A stretch of 63,846 nucleotides of DNA, filler included. It is 11 parts of 11 records of this genome, joined end to end, with 100 filler letters (N's around TTAATTAATTAA, not from the genome) between each part and the next. Parts side by side here need not be neighbours in the genome. Positions count along the whole stretch, not along the records: positions 32,085 to 35,694 come from SRR15195285_2729; positions 35,795 to 39,159 come from SRR15195285_2730; positions 39,260 to 42,356 come from SRR15195285_2736; positions 42,457 to 49,108 come from SRR15195285_2737; 7 more parts are not named here. One strand, written 5' to 3'. Positions 35,018 to 45,916 of the stretch are shown in pieces (the stretch's first letter is position 1; each line of letters begins with the position of its first letter). The position numbers were made by a program, and so were the translations under genes. The notes below the pieces were generated by a model. That model was not told the DNA's origin and made no database searches. It saw only the letters and a program-made list of their open reading frames with translations.

Positions 35018-35548
35018 TCACGCGTCGGGCGGCGGGGCTGCCACGGGGACTACTTTCTTGGCCGATTTCTTCTGCCCTTCGGCAAGCCGCGGGCGGCCTG
35101 ACCGAGGCGCTGTGACCACGGTGGCGCGCTGGCGCCACCGCTTCAACATCTCCCGCCCGGTATTGCGGTGGACGCCATAGTGCCCACAGACACGGACCTC
35201 CTCTTCGCGGTCGCCCTTGGCAAATGCCAGCTCGATCAGCAGGTTCGACCGTGCGACCTCCGTCAGCTCTCCGCGTTTTCCGTCCTCATTCTTCAGCCGC
35301 AGCTGGAACTGGGCCGCATCCGGGTTGGCGGAATCCTGATGCAGGCGGATATGATTCTGCTTCAGCCCAGTGGCATCGAGAATCGGCGGCGCGGCGACCG
35401 CCTCCGGCACCGCGTTCTTCGCCGGCGACTTCCGCTTCTGCCCACGTCCGCTCGGGCTGCCCGGCGGTGGCCGCGTGCGGGCGGTCGCAGTCACCAACCC
35501 CCGCCCTCGTCCGGCAGCCCGCACCGCTGCTCCCCCGAGGTTGTCCAT
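35018..35548 (-). mobile_element. Tc1/mariner/IS630-like transposase N-terminal HTH remnant (no DDE domain)
   Basis: VCGHYGVHRNTGREMLKRWRQRATVVTAPRSGRPR fits the HTH plus GRPR AT-hook linker of Tc1-like transposases. The ORF stops shortly afterwards. Confidence 0.55.
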
Positions 35549-35694
35549 CCACTCGCCCGCGCCCGCAACCGCAGCCCTCTCCTGACCACCAGGAGCTCCG
35601 GAACGTGGCCACCTCGGTGAGTCACCGGCTTGGGGGCGGTGAGCCGTTCGGCCTACTACGGCTCTAGTACAATCAAGCGCCGGGATGTATTGAA

Positions 35695-35794
35695 NNNNNN
35701 NNNNNNNNNNNNNNNNNNNNNNNNNNNNNNNNNNNNNNTTAATTAATTAANNNNNNNNNNNNNNNNNNNNNNNNNNNNNNNNNNNNNNNNNNNN
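35695..35794. other. Artificial contig linker
   Basis: N44-TTAATTAATTAA-N44. Confidence 0.98.
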
Positions 35795-37390
35795 ATTCCA
35801 GCGACCACGCCTGGAAGCGAAGTGCCACCTACCCCCGGTTCCGGAGCCATGAGTATTGAGCCGAGACCTGACGTTCCAGCGAGTCAGTATCATCCCCGCG
35901 CGCTGGTAATCTCACCAGACAACGTGCAGTTGGCAAACATCGTGTTTGATTTGCTAGACACAAACAGCGACGGTCGGCTAGACGGTACCGACCTCATCGT
36001 CTCGACAAGCTACAACATGACTGACATGGAAAAAGAGTTCCACGGTATTTGATGCCACGCCTACTAGTAGAGCTTTGTGTGTTGGATCGCCATGCTGCTT
36101 CTGCTACTTTATCTCCTGGCGGTTTTTGCGCTGCTTTTGAACGACTCTGTCGTTTATAGAACCGACACACACGTTTGCATGCGCAGTTGCGATTCGGCCA
36201 TTACCACTCAGAAATGGCATGAACAAGGCAGAGTTCCGTAATCGATGCGCACGATACGTCACGGATTCAGCGCGATACCCTTCGGCTGATCTAGGTGCTC
36301 CAAAGTTTCCCGCATCGATTGGGCCGCAGACTATCAATCTGCAGTGTTCCACAATCGTTGACATCATCAGGATTTTGGAGGAACGAATGAATGCTGAGCT
36401 GGAAGTCTTCCTGCGCTGTTGGCAATCGAGCCTCGAAGCTTCATCTGGCAAATCTGTTGTCCAACTACACCTAGATACCATGACAACGATGCCCATGCTA
36501 CTGAGGGTTTACAACGCTCTCGATGTTATGGGTGATGGCGACGGGATCCTTTCTCGGAGCGACGGGGACGAAGTGTGGAATTTCCTACAAACCCAGAACA
36601 TTGTGGCGGATAGCGAGTATGTCCTAAGCCTCACGATTGAGCAGTTTCGGTTGGCGCTAGTGAACCGTGTGATCGGATCTACTGTCATCACTCCGACCGA
36701 AGTTGTTCTTTTGGCGACAGGTCAGGACGTCGCGAACTTCATCCAGAAACGCATTGATGCAGAGGTCATGCTGACGCTTGAGAAACTTGCGGCTGCCATT
36801 TCGGTGCATGGGGGTGACTGCCCCCCGCTTGCGAGTGTCGCGCCGTTCCAGCATCCCCATGATCGATCAAAGCAGAACCCGATGACGCTTTCGCACAGCG
36901 TTGTGTTGACAGATGAAGGGTTTGCAGCTGCAAAGCAGGTGTTTGATGCCCTTGACACGGACCAGGATGGTAATCTTGACAGGTCCGATTTTGGTCATGT
37001 GAATGATGGAGAAGAAGGCACCAACCCGAGCCTGGCGAAACTTGGGGACCAGATTATGGCATTGGACACGGATGCAGACGGAGTTGTGCGTTCTTTCAAT
37101 CCCGGCTGTCACATGCAGCACCCGTCCAAGTCCAGTAGCGTCACGAGCGATGCGTTGACTGTCTGCCTGTTGAATTTCAGGTGAGTTTTGCAGAGTTTTG
37201 TCAGGGCATCGGCCGTCAAACGCTGGTCTCGGCCACGTGGTCGTCCCCACAAAGCGTGGGCGATGACCTGACGCTAGGGTCTTTCGCATACGCCTTCGAA
37301 GCCTACATCTCGCACGAGGCGTTTGAGATTCTGAAGGTGATCTATAACGCAGGCGCTGCAGCGCACGCCGCGGTTGCCGCGCCGACTTGA
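35795..37390 (+). CDS. EF-hand calcium-binding protein with three internal repeats (probably 5'-partial)
   Basis: Loops DTNSDGRLDGTD, DVMGDGDGILSRSD, DTDQDGNLDRSD and DTDADGV|VSFAEF. Introns at ~36044-36158 and ~37087-37180. Confidence 0.8.
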
Positions 37391-37861
37391 TCTACTGCGG
37401 CGCTGTGGCATGCGGCTGAGAAATGGACATGACTGACCATATCAGGAACAAGTCATGGAATCGTGCGGCTGCGCGTGTGGTGGGTTGACGGGTTGATAAT
37501 GATTGACGAAGCTGACGCAGTGGTTGTGGCAGTGGTCAGCTAAACAGATGGCGAAATGTAGATGATTTTTGTACACCACAGCTTTTGTTCTCTCCCCATT
37601 CTTAGGCAGCGTATGGGACTGCGAATTTCTATGCATCGGGCCAAGTTGACAAGACGCCAGGACTCCGATCGGACCATTCAGTTTCCAGCCAGCTCCCTAG
37701 CTAGGTTGCCTTCTATTTTTGGCTCCTGTCAGAATACCTGACAAAACTGGTGCTAGCGTGCTGCACGTGGCCATGCTGGCTGTTCACCGTTAGCGCACCC
37801 TGCAGCAAACACTCGCAGCGTTCGAGATCTGAAGCATAATGCATTGAGAAGTGCGTGTTTG

Positions 37862-39159
37862 TTATGGTCGCGAACGCGGGGACGGCGACAGCAGCGACTG
37901 CCTGCCGAGCCCTTGTCTCACGACTTCGGAGAGGAATGCCGGAAGTTCGTGTTCCAGCGAGCGCGTTGGAATGAAATTGATGTCCATCAACAGCTGTGCG
38001 AATTCTTCCGGGGCTTGTGCGTGTTCCAAAGAGATATTCACGGGGGAGTATCGAGGGTCGGACTCTCCCACGCCTACAATGGCGATCTCTTCGAACAGAG
38101 CGCGTTCCATGAGGCGAAGGCATGCCATACTGCCGAATACACTGCCACCTTCGCCCCCAAGAAAGATCAGCAGACACATCGATTTTTGAACCGCGGCGTG
38201 AAGGTCATCCTCACTGCCAGGGCACAGCACCTCGCAGCCAAGCGAAATTAGTTGCCGGCCGAGTAGTGCCGCCCGGTTGGCAGGCGACGACGGCGCCTGG
38301 TGGTTGCAGATGCAGAAGTGGTAGCTCTTGCATTGTGGCATCACAAAGCGGGGAAGAATCTCCAAGAGTGACGAGGCCGCTGGCAATGGTGATGGGCGGG
38401 GCGAAGGGGTCCCCCTGCTCCTGTCAACGACTGAGCGAGTGCGCTCCACAGACAAGCTTGTCTGGGAGGGGGTCCTCCTGCTGCGTTCAACGACTGAGCG
38501 TGTGCGTTCGTGAACAGATTGCTCTGCAGTTCGCGCTGTCAACGAGAAGTTCTCCCATTGGTCGCCAAGCTGCGAATCGTCTCTGCCTTGAAATGTTGCC
38601 CAGTTGAACGATCGCTTTTCCCTCCAATCTTCGAGCCCCAGTTTGATGACTTCTCGTAGGTAGGCCTCCGTCTCGTGCGCCTGCACGCGTTTTGGCACAA
38701 AATTGACCTTGTCGAGCAGCTTGAGATTCTCCTGGGCGTGGTCATGCACGGGGCCGCCCTGAGGCCCGCCGGTCATCGCGCGTGCCTTCTCCAAGTCCCA
38801 GTCAGGCGCATTGTGCCGAGCGTCAGTCTCCCTAACCCCGATGATGTGGCAGTCGTTCATCCGGGCTGTGAACATTTCTTCATGGCAGTACCGGCGTGTG
38901 AAGGTCCCTTCGTATTCGCCGTTCCGGTCTGCTACGTAACAGTTCGTTTCCGTATCCTATGAGTTGACAACAGATGCGGTCGTGGCAGTGTCAAACACAA
39001 AATGCAATGAGTGGTGAGATTCAAGGTCTAGCTTCAAACAGGACTATTTCGTGCTGGTCCCGGGGGCTGGGTCCGTACGGAAACTACCGAGAAACTCACG
39101 AAGCTCTCTCTACGGCCACTCAGAAAGATCAACAGCGTCATCGAATTCTTGACACCTCG
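37862..39159 (-). CDS. Tandem TIR-like domain protein (C-terminal part, 5'-partial)
   Basis: Two repeats: GVKNSMTLLIFLSG...FTRRYCHEEM...IIGVRETD...FVP and AVQKSMCLLIFLGG...FGSMACLRLM...IVGVGESD...FIP. Intron at ~38965-39100. Confidence 0.72.
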
Positions 39160-39259
39160 NNNNNNNNNNNNNNNNNNNNNNNNNNNNNNNNNNNNNNNNN
39201 NNNTTAATTAATTAANNNNNNNNNNNNNNNNNNNNNNNNNNNNNNNNNNNNNNNNNNNN
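39160..39259. other. Artificial contig linker
   Basis: N44-TTAATTAATTAA-N44. Confidence 0.98.
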
Positions 39260-42200
39260 CGACTCTCAGGTGAGTGGACAGTATTGATTTGTGTTGCAGA
39301 GGAACTCTCTCTGTTTGAAATGGCAGTAGCTCTCGATTTACCCAGACACGCTCAAGAGAGCAACATCAACAAGACAGCTACCCAACAAAATGTTCACAAT
39401 GATGCCACGTGGCAGGCGTTCGGCGAGCTGTCCAAGGAGATGAGGTACGCTAAACTAGCAGCAGATTATCATCACACAGACGTATGCTGCTGCCTGCAGA
39501 CTCAAGAGAAAGAAGAAGCCTTCTTGATGCAACACTTGTGCGCACGAAATCGCTCAATCGTGCACTTTGTTTTTGTCGCGCGATCGTTGCCACGTGGCAG
39601 GCTGGAGCTGGAGGCGGTGGTGGCTGAGCGGGACGAATTTCTCGACCAGGAGCTGCTGGATCGCTACGCTGCCATCGCAGCGGAAGCGACCGAGCCGGAC
39701 GGCCCCGCCGCGCATGTGCGAAAGAAAAGGAAAACACGCTCTCCTTTCATTAGGTCGCCATGCGGTTTCCAACCAGATGATGGAAAACGATCGTTTGCCA
39801 AGACAGGCTCGGGACAAGCATCAGGGAAACTGAAGTACTAAGCTGGCGTTTGCTGTCGTTGTTATCAGGCGTTGCGGTGGCTAATCGCGTCCGCGGAGCA
39901 GGCCGAGCAGGCGCTGACCAAGCACAAGGCCATGAAGCTGATCACAGCGATGCTCGCCTCGGAGAGCTTGGTAAGCCAGTCGTGACTACACAGCGCACGC
40001 GCGCACACAATATCTCGCCACGTGTCCTCCATGCGAATGATGCCGACGATCTTACCAAGGCAAGCTCAGGCCAGCAACATACAGAGAAAATGCTACAACG
40101 ATATCTCACGCAATCTCATGCAATCTCATGCAATGCCGCGTGGGCGGACAGGTCCTCATCGACCTCACCTCGGATTCGCGCCATGTTTTCGACACCCTCG
40201 TCGAGTACGAAGGGGCGGAGGATCCGCGCGTTCCATCCTGTCGGCGTGAGGATGACCCGGCCGAGCTTGCGGTGCGTCTGGCAGATTATGTCAGAGAGAT
40301 AGAGAAGAGGGATAGAGGGATAGAGGGATTATGTTGGATATGGGGATAGAGAGATTATGATATAGAGATAGAGAAATTTATGTTAGAGGTAAGGAATACG
40401 GTTTAAAGAAGAGACAGAGATAGAGGAATCGAGATTGCGACGGGGAGATAAAGATGCAGATGCATCTAGGAGAGGGTGCGGTTACAGAGACAGAGATGGA
40501 GGAATAGAGGCAGCTAGAGCTGGTGTACCAGAGACACAGACACGGACAGAGCTAGGTTTCTTTCCGTCAGGGTCGCTTGTCTCTTCTGACTCTCGGGCTC
40601 TGATCGGCACGCAGGTCGGCGAGGTGACGGAGCTGGCTGGTGGTGTGGTCCAAGTGCTGAAGCAGGCGCAGGAGCGTGTCCTCGAGGAGCGGCGGTGCGA
40701 TGCCGAAAAACGAACGCCCAACTGCTTTGGTTGCGACGCCAGTTGGCAACTTCTGATGAAGAAAAATCCCACGATCATTTGTCACAAGAAATCTGGGTGG
40801 AAAGAGAGGAAAGGAGGAAAGTTGAAAGAACGCTGTCTGTCTGTGTGCGTGTGTGTATTTTTTCGACTTCAGGAAGCGACGTGAGGAGGCGGCGAATGCG
40901 CGCGAAGAGCTGAAGAAATCGGCGGCAGTGGAGGCGCCAAAGGTTGGGATCGAGGAAGGGGCAATGCTGCTGCTGCTCGAGTGCACGCTCGACGATGAGC
41001 GTCCTGCGCCACTCGAGGCAGTGATGGGCCTCACCTCCGCCCTCCAGGTGCGATATATGCGATAAGATATGCGATATGCGATCTGGCCGCCTCTCTTTTT
41101 TAAGGCGATGCCATCATTTGATCAGAACGAGAATGAGAGTGAGAAATCACACGATCTATTTGCCAAAGACGACAGGCTGCTCGGACAAACGCAAAGAGAC
41201 CTGAATGGACAGATGGGGCGTGTGCGTGTGTGCTCGCCTGTAGAATGCTGCGGTGCACGCGGAGATCAAGAAGGACATGATCAGCTTCCGGGCGGATAGC
41301 GGGGCGGAGAGCTACGGCAGCGGCTCGCTGTCGGACTGGGCCAAGAGCAGCGCTTGGTCCTCGGACACAGGCGGCGAGAAGGACGAGAACGGCGCCCCGA
41401 TCCGCGCCCAGCAAGGGATCTGGCTGGAGATGTGGGAGTCGGCCGTTAAGACGGAGGGTCCAGCGGAGGCGGGGGAGGCAAAGGCAGCGGCGGAGACGGT
41501 GCTGCTGCTGCGTACGCCCGAGAGCTTGGTGCACTTCCTGAATGATCTGATGAAGGCCGGCGGGGTCAATCTGAAGGTCAAGGCGCTGCACCTGATGAAA
41601 GATCTCTACGACGGTCAGGACGCAGCCTTCGTCGGCGCGGTGCGCGCGCACTCGACGCCGTTCGTGTCGGAGCTGCTGGAGTACCGCTGCGCGCCGCACC
41701 CGCGTTACGGCGACAAGCCGATGATGCGCGTACGGAAGCTCGCTAGGTGCGCGACCTCCCCCCCTTCCTGGCAACACTGCTCGCAATACCTGCTGGTAAT
41801 GCCGCCGCTGTCGAGGCTCTTGTGTGTGTATGGTGTCGCGTCTATCGGGGTTGACACGAACGTGTCGTGCTATGTGTGCGGGTACTCGCGGCGTTTCTTT
41901 TTGTTTGCCAAGGCTGCTGCTAGAAGAGATACATCCGAAGCTGCGCGAGCAGAGATTAGAGGAGATCGCGCGGTGAGGATCGAACCAAGAAACGTTTGCA
42001 GAAGAAGAAGCGTTTCCATTCGTCGTCGGCGGGAAAACACGGCTGCTTTTGCCGAGACAGACTAAGCACAAAGCACGTGCAGAAAACGGCTCTGAATCAT
42101 TTTGTTGCTGTGTGAGCAGGCGGCGCGCGCAGATTGAGTCGGCAGCTGCGGCGGCAGCAAGTGGCTCGCCCCGTGTGCTTGGTAAGCTAGGGCTCAAGAA

Positions 42201-42300
42201 GAAAGGCAGCGGAGGCCCGCCCCCCACTGCGGAGGTGGCGGCACGAGGGAGTTTCGATGACGAGGCCGCGAGGAGAGCGAGGGCAACAGAGCTCGCGCGG
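39260..42300 (+). CDS. Intron-dense gene fragment encoding tepsin-like ENTH/VHS domain(s); partial at both ends
   Basis: Nine GT-AG introns (39270-39415, 39445-39600, 39716-39868, 39971-40151, 40272-40614, 40695-40872, 41048-41243, 41747-41912, 41973-42119) give one open frame. It includes KVKALHLMK...F...VR......ELLEYRCAPHPRYGDKPMMRVRKLA and an earlier degenerate copy (KHKAMKLI...LVEYEGAEDP). Confidence 0.72.
39716..39868 (+). mobile_element. Introner-like intron, best-preserved copy of the motif
   Basis: GTGCG...AG intron containing cgatcgtttgccaagacaggctcgggacaa (39788-39817). Related motifs occur in neighbouring introns. Confidence 0.7.
41048..41243 (+). mobile_element. Introner-like intron, degenerate copy
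   Basis: Contains cgatctatttgccaaagacgacaggctgctcggacaaac. Confidence 0.6.
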
Positions 42301-42356
42301 TCCGTTTATGCTATTCTCACAGACAGACAGGCACACAGGCACACAGGCACACAGGC

Positions 42357-42456
42357 NNNNNNNNNNNNNNNNNNNNNNNNNNNNNNNNNNNNNNNNNNNN
42401 TTAATTAATTAANNNNNNNNNNNNNNNNNNNNNNNNNNNNNNNNNNNNNNNNNNNN
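42357..42456. other. Artificial contig linker
   Basis: N44-TTAATTAATTAA-N44. Confidence 0.98.
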
Positions 42457-42495
42457 CACCCGACGCATGCGCATTGCGCATGTTTGCCGGAGTAA

Positions 42496-42589
42496 GCCCG
42501 GGAATTCAATACTTGCGCCCAATCTGCCCGCGGGAACTTCCTGGCCATATTGAGTATTTGAGTTGCAGATATTTACCAGTGAAAATGAG
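42496..42589 (+). repeat. Interspersed repeat family B, copy 2
   Basis: Aligns by eye with 5667-5750, with small indels. Confidence 0.85.
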
Positions 42590-42595
42590 TTCTGC

Positions 42596-44195
42596 ATGCG
42601 AACAGGAGTGGCACGTCGGATACCCCTTCGGCTTCGTCTGCTCGAAGTTGCCACAGCGTGCTCAATGGCGCGGCAGTGGGCGGATGGCCCGGTGGCCTTG
42701 GGCGAGGAAGCCACCACGTACGATCTCGACAGTACGCACAGGACCAGCTGCGTCTGCTCGCGCTGTAGGAGACAGCATCAGAGCACAGTGTGGCTGCTCG
42801 CTCGTCCGGCGACGATCGATCGGCCCGCTGCAGGAATTGTGGATCACGACTATGTGGGCACAGCAGACCACGTGGAAGACGGCGCTGGGGGAGCGTGCGC
42901 AATTTCGTACCACGAAGTGGGAACTGCCTACCGCGAAGCTTTGGTGGCCGATATGTGTAGACGAGAGGCAGCGTATTCTGCCTCGACGACCACGCCCTCC
43001 ACCACCACGGTCGTGTCTCCCACCACATCGCCACCCAGCTCTCCGCTGCGCGGATTCAGCACCGACAGGCCACTACACGCCGAGCTGCAGAAGCCAGATT
43101 GCAATCCCGAGCTGGTGGCAGAGCTGCTCGCAGATGGTGGGCTTCCGCCACATGTTGGCAAACGAGACGAGCGTGCGCGCCTCCCTGTACACGTGGTGGC
43201 GATGGCAGGTGCACGGTCTGAGATCCTCACGCTGCTCATTGAACATGGTGGCGCCACTCAGACATTGGCGCAGGATGTGGAGGGTCGGGTGCCACTCCAC
43301 TACGCCACGCAGCACGACACTGGCCTCGACGGGTGTCTGTACCTGCTCAGTGTGGGTGGCCAGCGGCAGCTTTTCGTGCAGGACGCTGGTGGCAGACTGC
43401 CGATCCACCTGGCCGCAGCGAGCAACAATAATGACAGCGTCCTCATGCACATGTTCGCAGTTGGTGGGGCACGTCAGCTCAGCGCCACTGATTGCGCAGG
43501 CCGAACACCACTGCATTACGCTGCGATGCTCAACGACAGCGTTGCACCAGTACGGTACCTAGTCGAGGTGGCTGAAGGTAGACCTCAACTGTTCGGTAAG
43601 CAAGAGATCCCACGCTAAACGCAGGTTTCACTGCCCCACGTACTGTGTGGCGGACTGACAGATTTGTGCCGTCCTGCGCTATGGTGTGCTGGTACGAACA
43701 GTCAAAGACAAACATGGCCAACTTCCAATCCATGCCGCTGCGCAGCACAATCCAAGCGCAGCTGTTGTGGAGTACCTGATCCACGCCGGAGGACCTTCGT
43801 CCACGCAGGTAGCCGTGCCTACATCTCTTGGTGCGATGCAACCGATACATCTCGCGGCCGCATGCAACGGCAGTCTCGAGGTGGTCCGGGCGATTGCTGC
43901 GGCGACGGGAGACGCAACGAGATCGCCTGGTGAGGAACGACTGGCGCTAGCAGCGGCGCCGATCACTACTGCGGAAGCCATAGCTCAGATAGCAGCGCGT
44001 ACAAACCCAAACGAGGCCGTCGTCGAATTTCTGGTGCGTCATTTTGGCTGGAGGCTGTTCGGTGGTCAAGAACACAGTAGTGAGCACGGAGGAGAACTTG
44101 ACTGGGCTGCGGCCAACGCAGGGACGCCCCTCTACCGGAAAGGAGCGAAGGGAGTCTGGCGATGGATGCAGCGACATGACGCTGCAGTAGCATAG
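42596..44195 (+). CDS. Ankyrin-repeat protein (2 exons; start uncertain)
   Basis: Repeated D..GR(L/T)P(L/I)H.AA motifs across ORFs 42563-43618 and 43686-44195. Confidence 0.85.
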
Positions 44196-44342
44196 ATGCG
44201 CCGTGCGCCACTCCATGTCACATATTGCGGTCGAGCGTGTGCGCCACCTGCAGAAGTGCGTCTTACCTACGCGTTACAGCAGAATTTATCAATGCACATG
44301 CACCCACTGTGTAGATACAGGTAGCTACTGCTGCCGGCTTGG

Positions 44343-45513
44343 TCAGAGCTCCGAGCTTTCGAGTAAACGTCGTCCCGACCCGCGCAAGACAGAGCCGCTC
44401 CCGCCTGCGCGAGGGAACGTTGGTCGTGCCATGAGGTCGCTTAACTCACGCGCGACCGACGCGTGTGACACGTCCACAAGAGTACGCTGGCAAGCCAATC
44501 ATTTCAAAGCGTTAGATATCAATGACGGCGCACACTCAGAGGGAGCCTTATGCATCCCGGCGCAGAACAGCAGAGAGATGCGCTAAAGAACTCACGCCAG
44601 TGTGTGTGACCGCGTTAAGGTCTGCGCCGCGCTGAACAAGCAGAGCAATCACGTCCATGTAGCCTTCCATCGCAGCGTAGTGCAATGGTGTCCAGCCTTG
44701 CGTCGTTGTTGTGTCGACGAACGCCCCAGCGTCCAGGAGGGCCCGCGCCACAGTAGTCTTTCCATTCTTGGCGGCGTAGTGTAGAGCGGTCTCAGCCATT
44801 CCGACACCCTTGTTGATATTAGACACGCTGGGCTGATCTACATCTGCAACCTGGCCGCTGACGTTGCTGAGCAGCAGATTCACCACCTCTATGCGCCCCC
44901 ACCTCGATGCGAGGTGCAGGGCTGTCTCTCCAGCGAGGGAGTTGAACTTAGCACGTGTCTCGTCACCGTAAACATTCGAGACGTTGGTCGTGCCAGCATT
45001 GAGCTCTGCCCGTGGGCCACGCCACCGGTCGACCTCCTCGGCCTCTGCGATCCCCTGATACACGTCTTCCCGCGCCATTCTTGAGCGCACTAGGTGCCCG
45101 TCCTCAGTCCATGTGTACCGAATGGAATCCGCCGCGAGCGGGTTGTGGTGCAGCGACAGCGGAAGGTGGCCGTTCACACCACCGCCGTCCCGGCCGCCCT
45201 CTGCGGCCCTCAGTGCTTCGCTCTTGGCGCGCTCTTCCATGACGCGATTCAACACTGGAAAATCGTCTGTCAGATCCCAGGGTGTCGCGAGCAGCAGCCA
45301 GCACGTCGTCACGTGACCGGCTGCTGCTGCGATGTGCAGTGGAAGCATGCCATCACCATTCGCCACGTTGGCGTCGACGCCGCTCTGCATCAGCTCGCGC
45401 ACCACTTCATGCGACCCCGCCGCGGCCGCTTGGTAGATATCCGGCGGCGCCTCATAGAGCTTCCCGCACGAGGCCGTGCCGAGCAGCAGCGAGAGCAAGC
45501 CCAGCCTGCTCAT
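44343..45513 (-). CDS. Signal-peptide ankyrin-repeat protein ending SSEL (2 exons)
   Basis: MSRLGLLSLLLGTASCG signal peptide with G.TALH.A and GWTPLHYAA repeats. An intron after HTG leads to RTLVDVSH...LLESSEL*. Confidence 0.82.
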
Positions 45514-45916
45514 CTTCGCCTCCCTGTGGCCCAGCAAACCAGGTGTACAGGAGTTCGCCCACCCCATGCTGGGTGTCGGGGACTCGCGGGGTGTCCGTCC
45601 TGTACTGCCTACAGCTGTACCGTGCACCCGGTTGCGACTGAATTCAGGGCTTTATCCTGATAGGGATGATGGATGGAATTTCACTTTCGACTTTTACGTT
45701 TTAGGTTGTAGCAGCTACTATTGATAGTAGCTAGCACTGGAATTCATCGAGTTCAACCGAACACGGGAGACTGTGACACAGTACCAGTATTATACTACTG
45801 TATAGTAGTAGGAATCCTTCCAGAGCTTGCTTCTGCCGTAATTCGACGATCGAGATTCCAGGCATGGGGATCAAGAATAGAAATTGCGGCAGCTGGCGTG
45901 ATCAACAGGGGCGGCG

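Noticed and set aside
30996-39159. Apparent 'defence island' of RPW8-like, ART, transposase and TIR genes
   Set aside because: The genes lie on three different contigs separated by linkers, so the adjacency is artificial.
39284-40884. ORF-track proteins containing FAKTGSGQ / LPRQARDK
   Set aside because: These are read-throughs of intronic Introner-like sequence, not real peptides.
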